Of a DNA stretch of 64,000 nt, positions 61,053 to 64,000 are shown piece after piece. The notes under the pieces were generated by a model. The model worked only from the letters and a program-made list of their open reading frames with translations. It had not been told where the DNA came from and did not search any database. Every line of letters starts with the position of its first letter. Position 1 is the first letter of the stretch. The position numbers and the translations under genes are program-made. The stretch comes from Anolis carolinensis (taxonomy: Eukaryota), in assembly GCF_035594765.1 (NCBI RefSeq), contig NC_085845.1, forward strand, positions 173,616,897-173,680,896. The letters run 5' to 3'.

Positions 61053-62690
61053 ACTCTTTTCCTGTAGTTTCAACCCATTGCTCAATGTTTTAGAGATCAG
61101 CTGGTTCTCTCCTTATTTCCCTGCCTTGAGCTTTAAAAAAATCAATACACAATTCTGCTGGGCACACTGTAATACAAATGTTGCAGAGATTTATCAGATA
61201 GTTTGTTTAGCAGCAATATGCAAGACACTATTTGCAATGGATTTCATGGCTGCATGTCCCACGTTGGAACAAAACACTCTTCAGTAATGGTAGTACCAGG
61301 CTTGTAGAAAAACTAAATGGAATTATCTGCTGCTGTATTTCCAGTTCTCTTGAGCTTGAGTTGTCACAAGTTAGACCATCCGTAAATAGCTGCCTTGGCA
61401 ATGGGATAGTAGTCTAGATGAGCTGGCTTGATTGGTGAAGGGCCAAATTTGGAAGGCTTTGGCTAAGAGCTTTAATGCTCTTATGGAAACAAGCTCAAGG
61501 AAATAATACATGAGTTAATAGTTCCCATAGTTTTTGTTGAATAATTCAGAGCTTGGGGAAATGTATCTTTTTGGGACTATAGTTCTCAGAATCCTGCAGC
61601 CAGTAGAACAACAGCTATTATCTATGGAGAATTCTGGGAATTGTTGTCCTAAGATTCTGGGAACTATAATATTTTGGACTATATCTTCCAGAACAGAACA
61701 GAACTGCTCTTGTCTGTGGGAGATTCTTGGAATTACAGTACGAAAATGTGACTTTGCCAAGTTCAACTCAGCAATAATTCCTTTGAATCCAAGAAAAGTA
61801 ACCAGTACGGCTGGTCCTAGAGATTGGGTCTTGGATAGGTGTTTGGTGTTAGAGGGGTGTCTATTTCACCTCACTTTCCCCTTTACTTTTTGGATTATGT
61901 TATTTTTTAAAACAATTATAATCAAAAACTAGCACGCCATGCATTCCATGAGTGGTTATACCAACAAGTAGGTCCAAAGCAACATGAAGAACAGGCAACA
62001 TTTCAAAAAAGATAGCAAAGGACTGAAGAAATATGGAGGAATCAGGGAAGAAAACTGTAAAGGAAGCTTCTGAGCAGAAGTGTAGTACCATTCCTTAGGT
62101 AAAAGTTAACGGTTGAATAGCAATTGCTGAGTGTGTTGGCACTTAAGTGTGAAATCACAAGTCACAGTTAACAGCCCTCCAGTGAGAAGGGAATGGAATT
62201 TTTGGTGGGGGACGGTTGAGGTTGAGGAAGTATAAGAGGCAGGAAAGCAAGGAGAAAATCTGCATGGCAGCCACAGAGGGAGTTTTTTCCTGTTAATGGA
62301 CCAGCGAATCATGGAGAGAAATGAGAAAGAGAGGTAGACTGCCTGGGAGAAGACATGAACAAACACTATCTCTGGAGGTAGGAAGCAAAGAAAGGAAACA
62401 GTGGCATCTAATTCGTAGAGTGAAATGGATTTGCTTCTTCTTCAATACCTTTCTTCCCTCAGGAATGGTAAGAAGCAGTTGCTGCGCACAGCAATCAGAA
62501 AAAGGAATTGAGGCACCTTGTCGACATATATCATTTCCAAAGAGAAATAGGCTTCTCACTCTCCCATTTCCTACAAACCGTTAATGGTTTCTTCCTATCT
62601 CCCTGACTTGCTAAGCCAAGAGTGCCCTAAACAAAATGTGCATTCGTCATCATTTTTCCTAGATCCAAAGTACGCCTTGGGTATACCGCG

Positions 62691-63728
62691 ATGGCAGAGA
62701 TCACAGAGGAAGCCTCTTGGGGCAATTTCTCTGAGGAGGATGAGCTCAGAGAGGAAAGTCCTATCGCTGAGGTCTTGGGTGCGATCCTTCTTCTCATGTT
62801 TCTCCTTGGTACGGCAGGAAATATCTACACGCTTGTGGTAGCCTTTGGAGGCACATCTGTCCGCTCAACAGGTTCTTTGTGTGTGTATGTGATCAACCTG
62901 GCATTTGCTGACATACTCTACCTTTCCACCATCCCTTTTGTGGTGTGCACCTATTTTGCCCAGGACTGGTTTTTTGGGGACATGGGCTGTAGGATTTTGC
63001 TTAGTCTTGACCTGCTTACAATGCATGCCAGCATCTTCACATTAACTACCATGAGCTTGGAGCGTTATTGGGCAGTGACTAGGCCACTGAGGGTCAGGTG
63101 GGCCCAAAATAGCTACCGCAAACTTGCCATTGTGGTAGTTTGGCTCCTCTCCATGTTGCTTACAGTTCCTATGATGATCATGATCCAGGAATGGGAAGGA
63201 AGAAATCACAAGCGGATTTGCTTCCCCACGTGGACACCTGATGCTTACAAGGTTTATCTCACGATTCTCTTCAGTACCAGCATCCTTGGTCCTGGCTTGG
63301 TCCTGGCTGTGGCTTACTCCCATCTTGCTTGGACCTATTGGACCTCCATGAGAATAATGCAGCCAACAGTCATGGGCAGAGCCTTGAAACAGAAGTTGTT
63401 CTCCAGGATCTTCAGCATCATTGTTGCCTACTGGGCTTGCTTTGTACCATTCTGGGCATGGCAACTTGTCAAACTCTATTGGTACGATGAGCTGGAGATC
63501 GGGCCAACTGCTCAGGCATACCTCAACTTTGGCGTTACTTGCTTGACCTATGGCAATAGCTGCATCAACCCATTTCTTTACACTCTGCTCACCAGGAATT
63601 ACCAGCAATACATGGCAGAGCAAAGTGGGGAGAGAAAAGGTGGGGGCTATATGCTCTTTAGGAGGAGAATATGTGAAAACCCTCAGGTAGAATGTATATC
63701 TATGGCACAAGGAGGAGTGGTTGAATAA
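62691..63728 (+). CDS. Urotensin-II receptor-like class A GPCR (UTS2R-family paralogue), 345 aa, single coding exon
   Basis: Seven hydrophobic segments; GN (TM1), LAxAD (TM2), GCRILLSLDLLTMHASIFTLTTMSLERY (TM3, typical of UTS2R), YWACFVPFW (TM6), TCLTYGNSCINPFLYTLLTRNY (TM7/H8, close to recalled UTS2R); N-glycosylation sequon NFS; an acceptor tttttcctag at 62662 implies a 5' UTR intron. Confidence 0.93.
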   Translation: MAEITEEASWGNFSEEDELREESPIAEVLGAILLLMFLLGTAGNIYTLVVAFGGTSVRSTGSLCVYVINLAFADILYLSTIPFVVCTYFAQDWFFGDMGCRILLSLDLLTMHASIFTLTTMSLERYWAVTRPLRVRWAQNSYRKLAIVVVWLLSMLLTVPMMIMIQEWEGRNHKRICFPTWTPDAYKVYLTILFSTSILGPGLVLAVAYSHLAWTYWTSMRIMQPTVMGRALKQKLFSRIFSIIVAYWACFVPFWAWQLVKLYWYDELEIGPTAQAYLNFGVTCLTYGNSCINPFLYTLLTRNYQQYMAEQSGERKGGGYMLFRRRICENPQVECISMAQGGVVE

Positions 63729-64000
63729 AGATGACTAAGTCTACCCGCTGATGATACTTATATGACTCAGTTAGAGCAGGGGTGGAAGCAGTGTAACCAA
63801 ATGCGATTTATCTTAAAGGTTACTTTGGATTGATTTACAGTTTTTTTTTTTCAGTGTTGGGAGAAAATAGGCATGAGGCTGCCATTTGGTGTTTTTGAAC
63901 CTTTCGAAATCCCCACCTTCAAATATAGGAAGATCTTGATGCTTTTGAAGACATCAGAGACTCCAAGATGGGACCCCGTGGGTACACTTTCTCCACCCAT

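Noticed and set aside
61530-61740. Degenerate ctgggaa/ggactat repeats upstream of the GPCR and the 132-aa ORF over them
   Set aside because: They look like decayed fragments of the common MITE/SINE motif ctgggaattgtagt; no regular period and no coding signal
63042-63710. 222-aa antisense ORF
   Set aside because: Antisense shadow of the GPCR coding exon; no motifs

Overview
Vertebrate genomic DNA. The repeat content (Sauria SINE, a second tRNA-SINE, Penelope, Vingi-type, L2, CR1, RTE and R4-type LINEs, hAT/Harbinger/Tc2-type MITEs) points to a squamate, most likely an Anolis lizard. I reconstructed four protein-coding genes by hand from splice sites and reading frame. (1) The 5' part of TRIOBP on the minus strand: five coding exons, running off the left edge, with a promoter near 25.1 kb. 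(2) Complete NOL12 on the minus strand: 6 exons, 212 aa. (3) A complete 11-exon ADAP1-like ArfGAP/dual-PH gene on the plus strand, 378 aa. (4) A urotensin-II-receptor-like GPCR with a single coding exon, 345 aa. The most notable points: the ADAP-like and UTS2R-like genes sit beside NOL12-TRIOBP, where I recall human has neither, so they are probably ohnologs lost in mammals. The TRIOBP exon that carries the mammalian stereocilia-rootlet repeats is only 397 nt and has no repeat array. TRIOBP appears to keep a relic of the first PH domain of MPRIP. All five Penelope insertions have the same inverted-arm layout and carry minimal hammerhead ribozyme motifs, one with an intact core. All homology statements come from recalled sequences; no search was run. 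Repeat boundaries are approximate unless a TSD is given.
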